Origin: Spartobacteria bacterium
GTDB taxonomy: Bacteria > Verrucomicrobiota > Verrucomicrobiia > Chthoniobacterales > UBA6821
NCBI GenBank assembly: GCA_947471565.1
Contig: CANIVT010000007.1
Span: forward strand, 6,909 to 70,908
Direction: 5' to 3'
Length of the DNA stretch: 64,000 bases
Positions 44,875 to 56,600 of the stretch are shown one piece after another. Within the stretch, counting starts at the first letter, position 1. The number at the start of each line of letters is the position of its first letter. The notes under the pieces were generated by a model. The model was not told the DNA's origin. It ran no database searches and saw only the letters and a list, made by a program, of their open reading frames with translations. The position numbers were made by a program, and so were the translations under genes.

Positions 44875-46659
44875 TTAAAATTCACCGAAGAGGCGGAAAG
44901 TGATGAGAAGCGAGTTGGCCATATTAAAGTAGCTTGACCTCGGATATCCCCAGGCACCTGCATTGGGATCCGGTGAGTTGACAGGATTCAGACTGATCAT
45001 CGGAATGCCAGCATCGATGGAGGCGTTGAGATAGTCTGTGATGCGGAGTCGCGTGCCCCCGCCATAGCTCGCCATAGTATATTGTGTGTCCGAAGTGAGG
45101 AGATTGCCGTCGTTGGAACTCGTGGTTCCCGGAGTGCCGTCCAGCAAGGTGCCGAAATCCAGGAATGCGTAGAACCTCCATCCCGTGATCCCACAGTGCC
45201 CCTTGAGAATCTCCGGTGAACGCAGTTCGATGCTTCCGAACGCGGCGCTGTCACCCAGTGCAGTCGCCTCAGTGTAGCCTCGGCAGCTGTCCAGACCTCC
45301 CGCCACGAACTGCTCCGTGAAGATGAGAGGGGTCGGCGACCACTGTCCCTGGAACTTACCGAAGATCTGGAACCCGCCGGGCAAATCGTGCGTATGCGAC
45401 AAATCACCCCGGACGGCAAAGAAACCTCCCCCAACAGTCTCATCGTCGAACTGGCCCTCGTTGGCATTGTAAGAACCGAGCCCATACACCGGGATGGTCT
45501 GTCCACGGATACCGAAGGAGAATCCTCCGTCAAAAATGGTGACCGAATTTGAAGGCGCCCAGACCGCGGTGTAGTTAAAACGCACCGGGGAATAATTGTA
45601 GTCGTTGAGGGGCACATTTGCTCCCGTCGTGACGTCGTTATTCACATTGAGAACCTGCTTGAAGTCCATCCCGGCGGAAATCGAGTGATTGAAATCCTTT
45701 TCCGATGGCAGGCTGAAAAGAAACCGGAAGCCTGCAGTGCTGCCATTGCCGGCAACAGACCCACCGCCGAGCGTTGAAAGACTGTTCTGTTTCCCGTAGG
45801 AAACATTCAGCTTCAGCCAGTCCACAGAAGGAATCCTGGCGGTATAGAAAGTATTCCAGTTCTGCACCGAGGAGGGATCCTGGGGGGACATCTGATAAGA
45901 TCCCCCGATCGAGTGACCTGCCTGCCATAGATTGTCGTAACTCCCCGCAAAGTTGAGTCGCAACGGGGGAGAACCATTGTTCCAGCGGTTGTTCAACTCA
46001 GTGCTGCCGTGCAATGGCAGGGTATCCTTGACCTTAAGATTCACGTCGACCGTTCCGGGTTCAAAACCAGGCGTCAGGGTCGGAATCACCTGTCGGTCAC
46101 TCCATTGATTGAGCGCCAGGATTTCCTTGGAGACCTTGTTAAAATCAGGAACTGACCCTGGCTGCAGTGAGGGCACCTGCTTCTTGATGGAGTTGATCGT
46201 GAAGTAACGGGAACCCTCCACGTTGAGGCGCCCTACTTTGGCCTCTTCGACCTGAAGGAAGACGATGCCCCTTTTGCCCGTCTGCTGGGGAATCTGAACA
46301 TTCACAGTCTGGAAACCCTTTTCCTGAAAGGCCTTTTCCAGTGCAGCACGGGCATGCTCGACATCATCGGGAGTCCTTTCAGGACCCATAAAGGGATAGA
46401 CAGCCTTCTCGACCTCGGTGCGGCTCAGTTGGTGATTGCCCAGCACGCGGAACTCCCGGATGTAGAGCATCTGGTTGCGGTCGACCGCATTGGTCGGCAT
46501 CCCGGTCGGGGAATCCGCCACCTTGGGAACAGCAGGAGGCTCATCGCCTAGGGTCTCCCACGTGGCGGCAAGCCCGCTGGACAGAATCAAGCATGCTGCA
46601 AGACCAACCCCTGCAAAGGAGATGGCTCGGCGCTGAACTCTGTATTTGAGGTGAGGCAT
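44875..46659 (-). CDS. ShlB/FhaC/HecB (TpsB) Omp85-family transporter
   Basis: POTRA_2 (FRVLGNHQL..FQEKGF..IPQQ), barrel GLDSCRGY, C-terminal LFGEF. Confidence 0.92.
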   Translation of the reverse strand: MPHLKYRVQRRAISFAGVGLAACLILSSGLAATWETLGDEPPAVPKVADSPTGMPTNAVDRNQMLYIREFRVLGNHQLSRTEVEKAVYPFMGPERTPDDVEHARAALEKAFQEKGFQTVNVQIPQQTGKRGIVFLQVEEAKVGRLNVEGSRYFTINSIKKQVPSLQPGSVPDFNKVSKEILALNQWSDRQVIPTLTPGFEPGTVDVNLKVKDTLPLHGSTELNNRWNNGSPPLRLNFAGSYDNLWQAGHSIGGSYQMSPQDPSSVQNWNTFYTARIPSVDWLKLNVSYGKQNSLSTLGGGSVAGNGSTAGFRFLFSLPSEKDFNHSISAGMDFKQVLNVNNDVTTGANVPLNDYNYSPVRFNYTAVWAPSNSVTIFDGGFSFGIRGQTIPVYGLGSYNANEGQFDDETVGGGFFAVRGDLSHTHDLPGGFQIFGKFQGQWSPTPLIFTEQFVAGGLDSCRGYTEATALGDSAAFGSIELRSPEILKGHCGITGWRFYAFLDFGTLLDGTPGTTSSNDGNLLTSDTQYTMASYGGGTRLRITDYLNASIDAGIPMISLNPVNSPDPNAGAWGYPRSSYFNMANSLLITFRLFGEF

Positions 46660-46739
46660 GGAATCTATCCGCTAGACGCTTAGCACGAACGAAGCGAGTT
46701 GATTATTTAAGCGTTTTCTCCTTCAGGAAGGGAACTTAA

Positions 46740-46761
46740 AATTGTGACAAAATCGTAACGC
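46740..46761 (-). promoter_or_regulatory. candidate Pho box upstream of the tpsB operon
   Basis: GCGTTAC-GATT-TTGTCAC-AATT, 11-bp period. Confidence 0.4.
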
Positions 46762-46797
46762 CCAAGCTCGTTTTTATGTGCAAGAAGTAGAGATCCT

Positions 46798-47031
46798 CTA
46801 TGAACTCTCACGATCCTTGCTCTCAAGACGAATTCTTGTACTCGTCTCAATCTGGACCACCAGGCCCTCATGCACGGTGATTCCGATGGTTCCGAATCGA
46901 AGCCTCTGCACGTGTTCCTCGACAATACCGATCCAACCAGGGGAGGAAAGCTTCACTTCGGCCGCTAGGGATGGTTGGCCGGAGAGCGTCTGTTGAGAGT
47001 GGGCAATTGCAGTCATGAATGGATCAAGCAT
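46798..47031 (-). CDS. DUF2292/YezD family small protein
   Basis: LRFGTIGITVHEGLVVQIETSTRIRL. Confidence 0.75.
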   Translation of the reverse strand: MLDPFMTAIAHSQQTLSGQPSLAAEVKLSSPGWIGIVEEHVQRLRFGTIGITVHEGLVVQIETSTRIRLESKDRESS

Positions 47032-47370
47032 CTTAAAGACGTCCTTTATGGTCGTGTATTAAAAGTTCAGCAAGATTTTTTCTGTATCCCCAAGTGATTT
47101 TTTTGATCGGTCCGTGATGCAGCAAAGAAAATTTCTCCAAAAACGCTTGACCGGAATTATTATGTCGACCATTGTGATCGCATATTGATGCGCGGCCACC
47201 CTATACTCCGGGAGCATTCATCAAGCACTATCGACCATCTTCGGATCAGCAACCTCATTCCAAGGAGCTCATCCAAAATCCAACCAAGACGACAACCAAC
47301 AACCCAACTCCTTGATCCAACCCGAAGGAAAAAAGACCCAACATATCAAACACTTGACCAACCAAAACCA

Positions 47371-48135
47371 ATGAAAACAATTTACACCAGATTACTGACT
47401 GCCCTTGCGGCCATAGCGGGAACGGCTTTGTCCCTCATGCCTGCAAGCGCAGCTCAGACTTACACGACTGGCGACGTCTTCGTCGGCTTCCGTTCCACGA
47501 CCAGTCCCAACAACGGCCTGATCATCGATATCGGAGATATCAGCCAGTTCACAAACGCGTCGAGCTTCTCCAATTTCAGTTTTGGAGGCGCCAGCACGAC
47601 GGGGGCCGACTTGGCATATCAGTTCGGCTCGGGGTGGTACACCGACCCGACGGTCACCTGGGGTGTCTTCTCCGCTGTTACGGGACAATATGCCTTGGCA
47701 TCAAAAGTGCAGCCGGTGAATGGAACCCTGTCCACGACCCCAACAGCCCTGAACAACACCAAGACAGGAGCCCTTATTACGGGCATCAATACGGTGCAGA
47801 GCGGTTTCGTCACATCGACCGCGGCCACCTACACTGCGAACTCAGCCTATCAGACCGGAACGGCCAACGGCACTTATTACGCCGCTGTGAATGCAAACCC
47901 TGACTTCACTTCTGCGGCGTGGGCGGCCGGATCGAGCATTGAAGGAGCCGTTGGAAAGCTGCTGGATCTCTACTATTTCACGCCAAATGCCGTTCAGTTG
48001 CTCAACCCCTCGGGACTTGCCCTCTCGATCAACAGCACCGGAACCATCACTGTCATTCCGGAGCCCTCTACCTACGCATTGATTGGCTTGGGATCCCTCC
48101 TGCTGATCACTGCTTACCGTCGGAAATCGGCATAA
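47371..48135 (+). CDS. PEP-CTERM exosortase-target protein
   Basis: signal peptide; C-terminal IPEPSTYALIGLGSLLLITAYRRKSA. Confidence 0.95.
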   Translation: MKTIYTRLLTALAAIAGTALSLMPASAAQTYTTGDVFVGFRSTTSPNNGLIIDIGDISQFTNASSFSNFSFGGASTTGADLAYQFGSGWYTDPTVTWGVFSAVTGQYALASKVQPVNGTLSTTPTALNNTKTGALITGINTVQSGFVTSTAATYTANSAYQTGTANGTYYAAVNANPDFTSAAWAAGSSIEGAVGKLLDLYYFTPNAVQLLNPSGLALSINSTGTITVIPEPSTYALIGLGSLLLITAYRRKSA

Positions 48136-48187
48136 AAACACCAACGCACCAACTGCAACTTTTCAAAACCAACAACGCTCAATACCC

Positions 48188-49525
48188 GTGAAAATCACAA
48201 AACTTCTCTTTAAGACGATCGCCATCGTTCTACTCGCTTTGGCAGGCGCTACCAATGCATCAGCCCAGCTCAATATCTATATTGTCGGTTCCAATGGAGA
48301 TCGCACACCAACCCAGAAGGCCATTCAGACCTTGCTTGAAGCAAGCGGAGGGTGGTCCTTCCAAGGAAACAGGGGAACTGCAACCAACTCATCTCCAAAC
48401 AATGCATTGAATTCGAATTTCGGTGCTTGGAACGGAAGATACAAGGGAACCAACGTCATCATCCGCACCTCCTTCATCGGGGCAGTCGGAGCAGTGCGTT
48501 CGCTGGCAGGGCTCCAACCGGAGCGTTATGTGGTGGCCAATGGCAGCGGTACGAATGCAACCTTTGATATCTACCTCAACACCAATGCAGTGCTGAATGG
48601 TAATAGCACCAACGGTTACACAACTAACCTTCCCAACATAGCCCTCTCCACCGTGTTCCAGGGAACGACACCCTACACCGGCGCAGGTTATGACACCTTG
48701 ACAGAGTCCTCGGTGGGCGTTTCTCCCATCGTTTTTGTTGCAAGCCCAGGATCAGGACTGACCAATATCACGACCCAGTTGGCCCAAAATCTCTACCAGA
48801 ACGGGTTTCTCACAGCAGCCCAATTTTCGGGAAATGCCGCCGACACCAACAAGATCATTTTCGCTTTGGGCCGCAACTACGACGCGGGACAGCGGTTTGC
48901 GGTTCTTGCCGAGACCGGCACCGGGACAGCGAGCAGTGTCAATCATTGGCAACCGTCCATCACGGGCACGACTACCAATGCCGCAAACATCGTGATCGGA
49001 GGCAGAGTAACCAACCAGATCCTCTGGCCCCGCGAGACGATCAGCGGAAACGACAGCGTCTCGGCTGGGAATAGCGGTTACTCCACCGGGGCATTGCTTG
49101 CCTCCGCCCTGACCGTGACAAACATCGCAACCAACGCGATCAAGGATACGTTCGGCTACGCAATTCCCGGGGCAACTGCCGCATATTATATCGGTTACAT
49201 CACCACGGGGGATTACAACACAACCATTGCCACGAACGGGCCCGGCGGAACTCCACTGGCCACCCTGCTGAGCTACAATGGCGTTCCATACTCCTCCAAC
49301 AACGTGATCAACGGCGCCTACACGTCATGGGTCTATAACCGGGTCCTGGAGCGTTCCGATGCGAGGCTGCCCGGAGGCACACTGGCCAACCCGACGATCG
49401 CATCCTTCAAGGATGATCTTGTGAACACCATCACCACGACGACCGGAGGCGTCAACGGAGGTATCCTCATCGGAGATCTCAAGGTGGGACGCACTGCTGA
49501 CGGAGGGGTGGTCACCCCCAACTGA
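48188..49525 (+). CDS. exported N/T/G-rich protein, possible PstS/DING-like PBP2 fold
   Basis: signal peptide; SPIVFV, GRNYDAGQR, LSYNGV, INGAYTSW follow the PstS-family motif order. Confidence 0.55.
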   Translation: MKITKLLFKTIAIVLLALAGATNASAQLNIYIVGSNGDRTPTQKAIQTLLEASGGWSFQGNRGTATNSSPNNALNSNFGAWNGRYKGTNVIIRTSFIGAVGAVRSLAGLQPERYVVANGSGTNATFDIYLNTNAVLNGNSTNGYTTNLPNIALSTVFQGTTPYTGAGYDTLTESSVGVSPIVFVASPGSGLTNITTQLAQNLYQNGFLTAAQFSGNAADTNKIIFALGRNYDAGQRFAVLAETGTGTASSVNHWQPSITGTTTNAANIVIGGRVTNQILWPRETISGNDSVSAGNSGYSTGALLASALTVTNIATNAIKDTFGYAIPGATAAYYIGYITTGDYNTTIATNGPGGTPLATLLSYNGVPYSSNNVINGAYTSWVYNRVLERSDARLPGGTLANPTIASFKDDLVNTITTTTGGVNGGILIGDLKVGRTADGGVVTPN

Positions 49526-49569
49526 CCGAAAAGACCGGGAAATTCCTGTTCCCGGCACACAGACTCAGG

Positions 49570-49601
49570 GAAGCCCGGGATAACCCCGGGCTTCTTCCTT
49601 T
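49570..49601 (+). terminator. terminator hairpin (a second stem at 49535-49555)
   Basis: GAAGCCCGGG/CCCGGGCTTC followed by TTCCTTT. Confidence 0.7.
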
Positions 49602-49625
49602 GGATGGGATCTTCCGAAAAAACGC

Positions 49626-50312
49626 ATGAGCAAAATTTCTGAAAAAACCATCGCGTTGGCAGCCTCCTTCCTTCTGCTTCTCATGGGAATGGCATGGTAT
49701 GTCATCCTTGCGGGTGATCCCTCCCCACCTGCAACTGATGACGAATCGGCAGTTGTAGCGCATTCCTCTTCAAGCACCGTCAGGTCTCAGGGACTGTTTG
49801 TTCATCATGATAAGCCGTCCATCACACCGCATCCGATGACTCCTTCGGAGATTGCTCACGCAACCTCCGAGGCTACCCCATCCTCAGGCCCAATCATGCC
49901 GGCCTCGTCGCAGGAATACCTCAACCCAGGGGTGAGCCGGTCAATTCCGAGCCCTAATGCTGAAGCGCCCGCCGCATCCGAATCATCCTCGCGACTAATT
50001 CGCGAAAATCCCACCGCGCCGGGAAATTGCCTTTTGGTGAAGGGTCACTCGGTGAGAATTGATTACCAACAAAAGACTCCCTTGTCCCAAGACCTTGCCA
50101 TCTCGGTGTCTTCCGAAATCCCGACACAGAAATCCTTGGTGCCGGGGTCCGAATCCATCCAAGCATTTTCAACACCCGGCAGTGCAAGCACCTCCGCTCC
50201 AAGGGTACGGGCCACACCGGATCCGGCGGAACTTTTCAAAGCAAAATGGGGATGGCGGGTATTTGAAGAGGCACAGCGTGCGGCCAATGGCACAACCTCC
50301 GGATCCCCCTAG
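49626..50312 (+). CDS. membrane-anchored low-complexity hypothetical protein
   Basis: N-terminal TM, S/P-rich body, C-terminal ELFKAKWGWRVF. Confidence 0.6.
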   Translation: MSKISEKTIALAASFLLLLMGMAWYVILAGDPSPPATDDESAVVAHSSSSTVRSQGLFVHHDKPSITPHPMTPSEIAHATSEATPSSGPIMPASSQEYLNPGVSRSIPSPNAEAPAASESSSRLIRENPTAPGNCLLVKGHSVRIDYQQKTPLSQDLAISVSSEIPTQKSLVPGSESIQAFSTPGSASTSAPRVRATPDPAELFKAKWGWRVFEEAQRAANGTTSGSP

Positions 50313-50652
50313 CGAATCGGACTGGAATGTTTGAGCGGGCAGATTTGATTGATCATAGATGCTACGTTCGTTCTCTGGGTTAACGAACCAAGGGGCCACC
50401 TCGGCGCCGTTTTCCGTCGACTTCTTCGGTTCCTTCCTTAAGGGATCGGTAAACGCATTCTCTGTAACTACGTGTTTCAGTCTTCCCGATATTTGGAGCG
50501 GGTTTCGGCAGATCCTCAGCACCGATTCCCGTCTCCCGAGAATGGGATAGGGACGGTGGTGTACCCATCAGGCATTGATGCAGATTCCTTGAGTGGATTG
50601 TATTCTCGGACTCCAACCTCTACCCGCTCAATGCCACTACGAGCCTCTTTTT

Positions 50653-53600
50653 CTAGAGGGAAGCCTGAACCGGAGGCTGGCTGGCATTAGCTGACTTCCT
50701 TTCCTCTTCCTCCTCATCTCCTCCATAACCAAGGATGTCGATCGAGAAGACGGAGGGAGGGGGATCGGCCTGGGCAGGAGATGTGTTCCGGGCAGTGTTT
50801 GCCGACGCGCTGTTGGCGGCCGCGGTGGCTGCCGTCGCACCCGCGGGCGGTGCGGCGGGTGGTGGCGCGGTGATCGGCCCTGCAGAAGGAGCCACAGGAG
50901 GCGCTCCGACCGTCACCCCTCCGACAAGGATGTTATCGGCATTGCGGATTTCGCGTGCAGAGAGGTTCAGATTGCCGGTCGACCTGATTCCTGCGTCGCC
51001 CGCATCGATGAAACCGCTCGGGGCGATGAGATCCACGTTGCCGGGGGGAATCCCTGCAACGGCCGCCAGCACGCCGATGCCGCCACCGGTGGCCAGACCC
51101 GCAAGATCGGTCCTCACGGCCGCGCTCTGGGGATCGAGCAGGACACGGGTCGGCGGTGCGGACTTGATCGTCTTGGACGACGAGCCGGCGGCGATGTCCC
51201 CCTTGTCGGACCAGATCATGATGTCCCCCCCCCGGAGCGTGAAGATACGGCCGATTCCCAGCGTCACGCTGTCACGGCTGAACATGTTCACGCTTCCTCC
51301 TCCTTCACTCACGATTCCCGGAGGAGCAAGGCTGCTTCCCACTGAATATTCAGCGAGCGCAACGCCCCCTCGGGGCGCCAAGACACTGATATCCCCGCCG
51401 CTCTTGGTCCGGATGTTCCTTGAGTTGAGAATGACACCCCCTCCCGATGCGACTCCGGGGAACAGGGATTCGATGGCAACTCTCCCCTGCCTGTATGTCC
51501 CGAAGTCCTTGGAGCGGGGATCACCGTGGTTTCTCCCAGAATCGCGCAGGATGACATAGAAAAGGGAGAGGGCGATCCTTGACTTCGCGTCCTCTTCGAT
51601 CGGCGAGGTGATGATCCCCGCGATCGATCCCGCCCTGTCGAGTTCCTCGGACAATGATTTGTCTCCCTGCGCCGACACAACCCTCATGAGTTCCGCGAAG
51701 TAAGCCTGCGCCGAATCCATCCCCGCCGCCCTGCGAAGCAGCCCCTCCGTATCCGATGCCCCGAGCCCAAGCTGCCGCGCCGACGCGAGTCCGGCCCCCA
51801 CGATGAGCGAGGCCCCTTCGAAGGGAAGTGACGGATTGCGCGCGTTGCCGATGCTGGTGATCCCGGCGCCGCTTCCGTCGGGTCGGGCGTCACCCGTCCC
51901 GAGATCAAGGTTTTCCCCCGCAAAAACCTGGAGGGTGCCCGGACCGCTGATCTGAACGTCGCCGGAGAGCGGTTCGGGCAGGAAGGCCACGTTGGCGCCA
52001 AGATCCTTTCTGGCCTCGTTGCGGGATGCCGTGTTGGCATCAAAAAGCGTCATCCCCCCCCCTGAGATCACCGAGCTGACATCAGATGATGACACATGTT
52101 GCAGGGCTAATGACACGTCCCTGATATTGCCGGTGGCCACAATACGGGCCAACTTGGGGGAGAACAGCCGGATTCCTGAAATGTCTCCACCGGGGGAATA
52201 AACCCTCACGGGATCGGAATCGCCCAGATGCAGCAGGGACTGGTCGTGCCTTAGGACTTTTCCCTGCAACGAGGCGTCATCGCCTTCCGTCGAGAGTGTC
52301 TCGTTCAGAGAGGTCGAGAAATTCTCGAGGTAGAACGGCAGTGTGGAGTAACTCGAATTCGCATTCAGATACGTGGTATCCAGTGCAGGCCAGAAATTAA
52401 GTTGAGACTGAGAGAGGGGGGAGAGAGGCGATGGGATTGTCCTCGGGTCGGCATCGGAGACATTCAGTGTCGAATAGGACCACCTGACCCCCTTTTGCTG
52501 TCGGTTCAAACCATTGATTCCATCCATCGCATAGATGGAAAGGTTTCCCCGTGCGGAGGGAGCGAGGGTTGCATCACCTTGGATCAGGACACTGCCGGCC
52601 AGGGCGGTGAGCGACACGTTGCCGGGCATCAACCGCGCCCCGGCTCCAAGGATCGGGTCAGCGGGTTGCAACTCGGCAAGCCTGAGCCATGGCTGATAAT
52701 ATCCGGCACTCTGCGGTGGGGCCTGATTCCCCATCACTGAGGACTGCAGCCATTTCTGAAATGCAGGAAGCCCCAGGATCTGGTTCCTGAGCGTTACGGA
52801 ACCTCCGAGGGAGATCGCGGAAAAAGCGCTCTCCGACCCGTACGTTGAGAAGTAGTTCTTGTACTGGACGCCGTTAATGAATCCTTGGGGGAGAAGAAAA
52901 ACATTTCCAACGGGTCCCAAAAGCATGTCGCCGCCCGCCTTCACCGAAATCGCCCCCCTTCCCAAGAGGAAAGAGGTGGGAAGCCATGTTTCCTCGGAGG
53001 GATTGGCGTATTCGGAGCGGCGGCTTACAAGGGAATAGAGATAGGCCCCGGCCACGTCGCGTGTTTTGTTGCTGACAATCGCTCCGCCGGCGCGGATCGA
53101 GGCGTTCCCCCGTTCCACGTAATAGATGCCCGCATCGATGTTGCCCCCGGCCTGGACCGTGACATCCCCTCCGCCCGTCTCGATCAGACTGCCCTGCTGG
53201 GGGACGAGTTGGATTCCCGCGGGATCACGAGCCGTGAGCCGCCCCTGCGTGGGGACAACCGCATCCACATTGCTGATATCCCCACCCGCCCGCATGGAGA
53301 CGTTGCCGCCACCGAGCGCGCCGACATTCTGGAAAAAATTGCTGAAATCGATCCACCAGCTCGTGGAGGTGATCTCTCCGTTGGGAAGGGTGAGCCACCC
53401 GCCCGTCGCATCGGTCTGACCACGGCGCATCAGCCAGTTTCCGGGAAGTTGCCTGGAGGAATCGGCGATGTACGACAAACCGTCGCTGGAAAGTTGCAGG
53501 TGACGGATGTTTCCGGCCGCACGGAGCTGTACGTCTCCTCCCCGAACGGAATATTGAGCGGGATAAAGGGCGGGTTGCTGTAGGGTTCCGAAATTCACAC

Positions 53601-56600
53601 GCTGCGAGTTTCTGAAAATGACCGGCATCGTGTGGGGATCAAAGGCTCCCCCGAGGGTCGGGTCCGCCACCTGCGCCCCCGCGGTGTAAATCGTCGCGAA
53701 CTGGTTGAGCAGACGGATGTCCTTCCCGGCGGCGATCGAGATATCGCCTGTTCCGGTCCGGATCACCTGATAGTTGCCGCTGATGATAGTGGCGGTCGAG
53801 GCATTCTGGCCCACGCTTGAAGCAAGCGCGCTGGAGGTTTTCGTAGGTTTGCCGAGGTTGATGGAACCCTCGGATGAGACCGCGAGTGGATCGGCGGATG
53901 AAAAATCCTTGCCGGCGGCGATGGAGTAGCTCCAGGAACTCTGGCCGAATGTCTTGGATGGATCGCCTAGATCGCTCGATACCACAGGAAGCAGGGGGGC
54001 GAAGTAGAGACCGTAGTTATTGCCACCGGCATTCGCGGCCCTGTTCACACTGTCTCCGAAGCCGTCGGAAAGACTGCCGTTGAACGTGAGGTCTCCGAGA
54101 GCCCTCAGTGATAGGAATCCCGAACTCCGCCCGATCGTCCTGCCGGTGACATTCCCGGATGCATCCAGGATGCTGACCTGCCTTCCGTACCGTGCGAGGG
54201 AGAGATCCCAGTCGTTGTTCAGGACCAGCGAGCCCCTTGAATTCACGATTTCCTCCCCCGGATTGATTTCCAGTATGCCGGCCAAGGCGGCTTTCGACGA
54301 GGGATCGGCGGGGAGAATCCGTGATCGAACGGCGTCCGCATAGGCCATGAAGGAGGTGGCGTTGTCGAGAGCCTTCTGCTTGAAGCTGGTGTCTGGCGTC
54401 GCGGTCCAGTATGTACCATTAGGCGGGGTGAAGTTTCTTCCCGTTCTCTTGGCGGTGTAGAGTTGGCCATTGTAGAGGACTTTGGTGCCGGTCGTGTAGC
54501 TTGTGGTGCTGTCCCAAACTGCCGCCTGGGTATCGATCGAGGCGGTGCCGGTCGTTGCCGCGTCCTGGCGGAAGACCCCCTCGACCACGATAGCCGAAGC
54601 CCCCTCAATCGTTGTTGCGATTGGGTTCACCTGAACATCTTTGTTATCAGCAGTCTGAGGCGCTCTGAGGTGCAGACGGCCTGAGGACTGACCCAGACCT
54701 GAAACCTCATCCACGGAGAGGTCGATCACCCCTCCCCCGAGATCAATGACCCATGCATCAGAGGCAAAGGATCCGGAAACACCCATTGCGGCAACTCCCG
54801 CTGAACCGAGCGATGGGTTGTTTCCCGCTTCCAGTGTGACATATCCCCCCTTCCCGGCTGAGTCGAATTCATCCCCGCTGGCATCCAATGTCGCACCTGA
54901 CTTGAACAAGACGCTCTTCCCAGCATAGAGGCTGATATTTCCACCCGTCACTCCAGAGGCATCGATGGAACCTGTTACGGTGATGCTGCCCGAATCTGCA
55001 GAGAGCGAATAGGAATGGGCCTTGGCACCGGCGAGCGTGACATCCCCGTTGCGGATGCGAATGCCCTGCGACTCCGTGAAGCCCGACTGTGTCAGGAGGG
55101 ATTCGAGTTCGCTGAGATCACCTGTCCCGTATGTTCCAAGATCCAGAACCAGATTCCCGCTCAGACCAGAGCTTCCCGAGTGCGCAGAAATAACTCCCAA
55201 ACCGATATCTAGCGTGCCGTTGACGGCATTTACTGCAAGTGTTCCGGCCGATCCGCCATTCGCAAGGGCATCCAATCGTAGAATGGCACCATCCCCTAGG
55301 CGGACATCTCGTCCGGAGGAAAGGGTTATATTCCCGGCATCAACGTATTTGGCTAGGTCATCGAAGCGCTGGACCGTTCCGCCGACATCGACACGCGAGG
55401 AAATCACCAGATCACGGTCACTTCCCGTGGACTCGGCAACAAAGGATCCCCCGGGCAAAAGAACCGGTGCATTCAACGCGACTGCGTTGCCTCGGAGTGT
55501 CAACGAGGCCCCGAGGCCCGGATCCAATATTGTGGGCATTGTGCCTAAAAGACTCGTCGTCAGATTCCCTTGGGCGGAAAACACTGACGAGGATGCACCT
55601 TCTCCGGTGAGAGACGGAGCGTTCAGGAAAAGACTTCCGGCAACACTGAGGGCGCCCGTGCCCCTGCCCACAATACCGGCAAAGGCGTTGAGCGTGACGT
55701 TCTGGAAACCCGATAGCTTGATCTCGCCACGACCCCGGATCAACGTTCCCGTGTTGATGATCAGGCTTCCCCCGTTTGCGGCTAACGAACCCGAGGCTGT
55801 GTAGGGATTGTCCATAAGAACGCTTCCCGAGTCGATCGTGACCGATGACACATCATCACCCCGCAGCATGCTCGTATGAAGAGCAAGCGAACGTAGTGAC
55901 GACGAACCGATCGTGCCCGAACCCTTAAAGAATATTCCATCGCGCCCGTTCAGGGAAATCGATGCCACACGGGTGAGAGTCCGTAGAAAATCGCCGCCGA
56001 TCTGCATGGTATCAGCGGCCTTAGATGCATCGCCGAAGGAGAGGACAATTTTTCCGGCGTTGAGATTCAATCCCTGTGCATCAAACCTCACACTCTCAGC
56101 AACGTCACCTCCTCCGGAGGAATCAAGGGTCACGGAACCCCCGGAAACCGAGACTTGCTCGCCGAGGTCGTAGCCGCGCACAGGCGCCGTGCCAGTCCCC
56201 GAGCGGGTCACGATGGCCAGTGGATCGGAACTCACGCGAATCAGCGCGCCGTTTCCCGAAACCTCGAGATCCTCGGCTTTCATGGTGCCGCGGGATTCAA
56301 TCGCAGAACCATCCTCAAGGACGACCCCTCCACCCGAAGCAAGGATCAGATCGGATGCCGCCAGAGGTGACACCGAGTTCTCCACGGTGACCAAGGAGGT
56401 CATGGGAGCGACACTAAAACCAGAGCCGGTGACTTGGCGCACTCCCCCGATAAGCAGACTGCCCGCATTCCAGGAACTCAGGACCGAATGATCAAGCAGG
56501 ATCGCGGCGGGATCCGGTGTTCGTCCGATCCTGAAATTCGCGGTGCTGGCGAGATCGATCATCGCACCCCTTCCGCCGTTTGAACCGGCGCCCTCCACCT

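Noticed and set aside
50330-50640. Small ORFs between the membrane protein and tpsA
   Set aside because: No recognisable motif or convincing start context; left uncalled.
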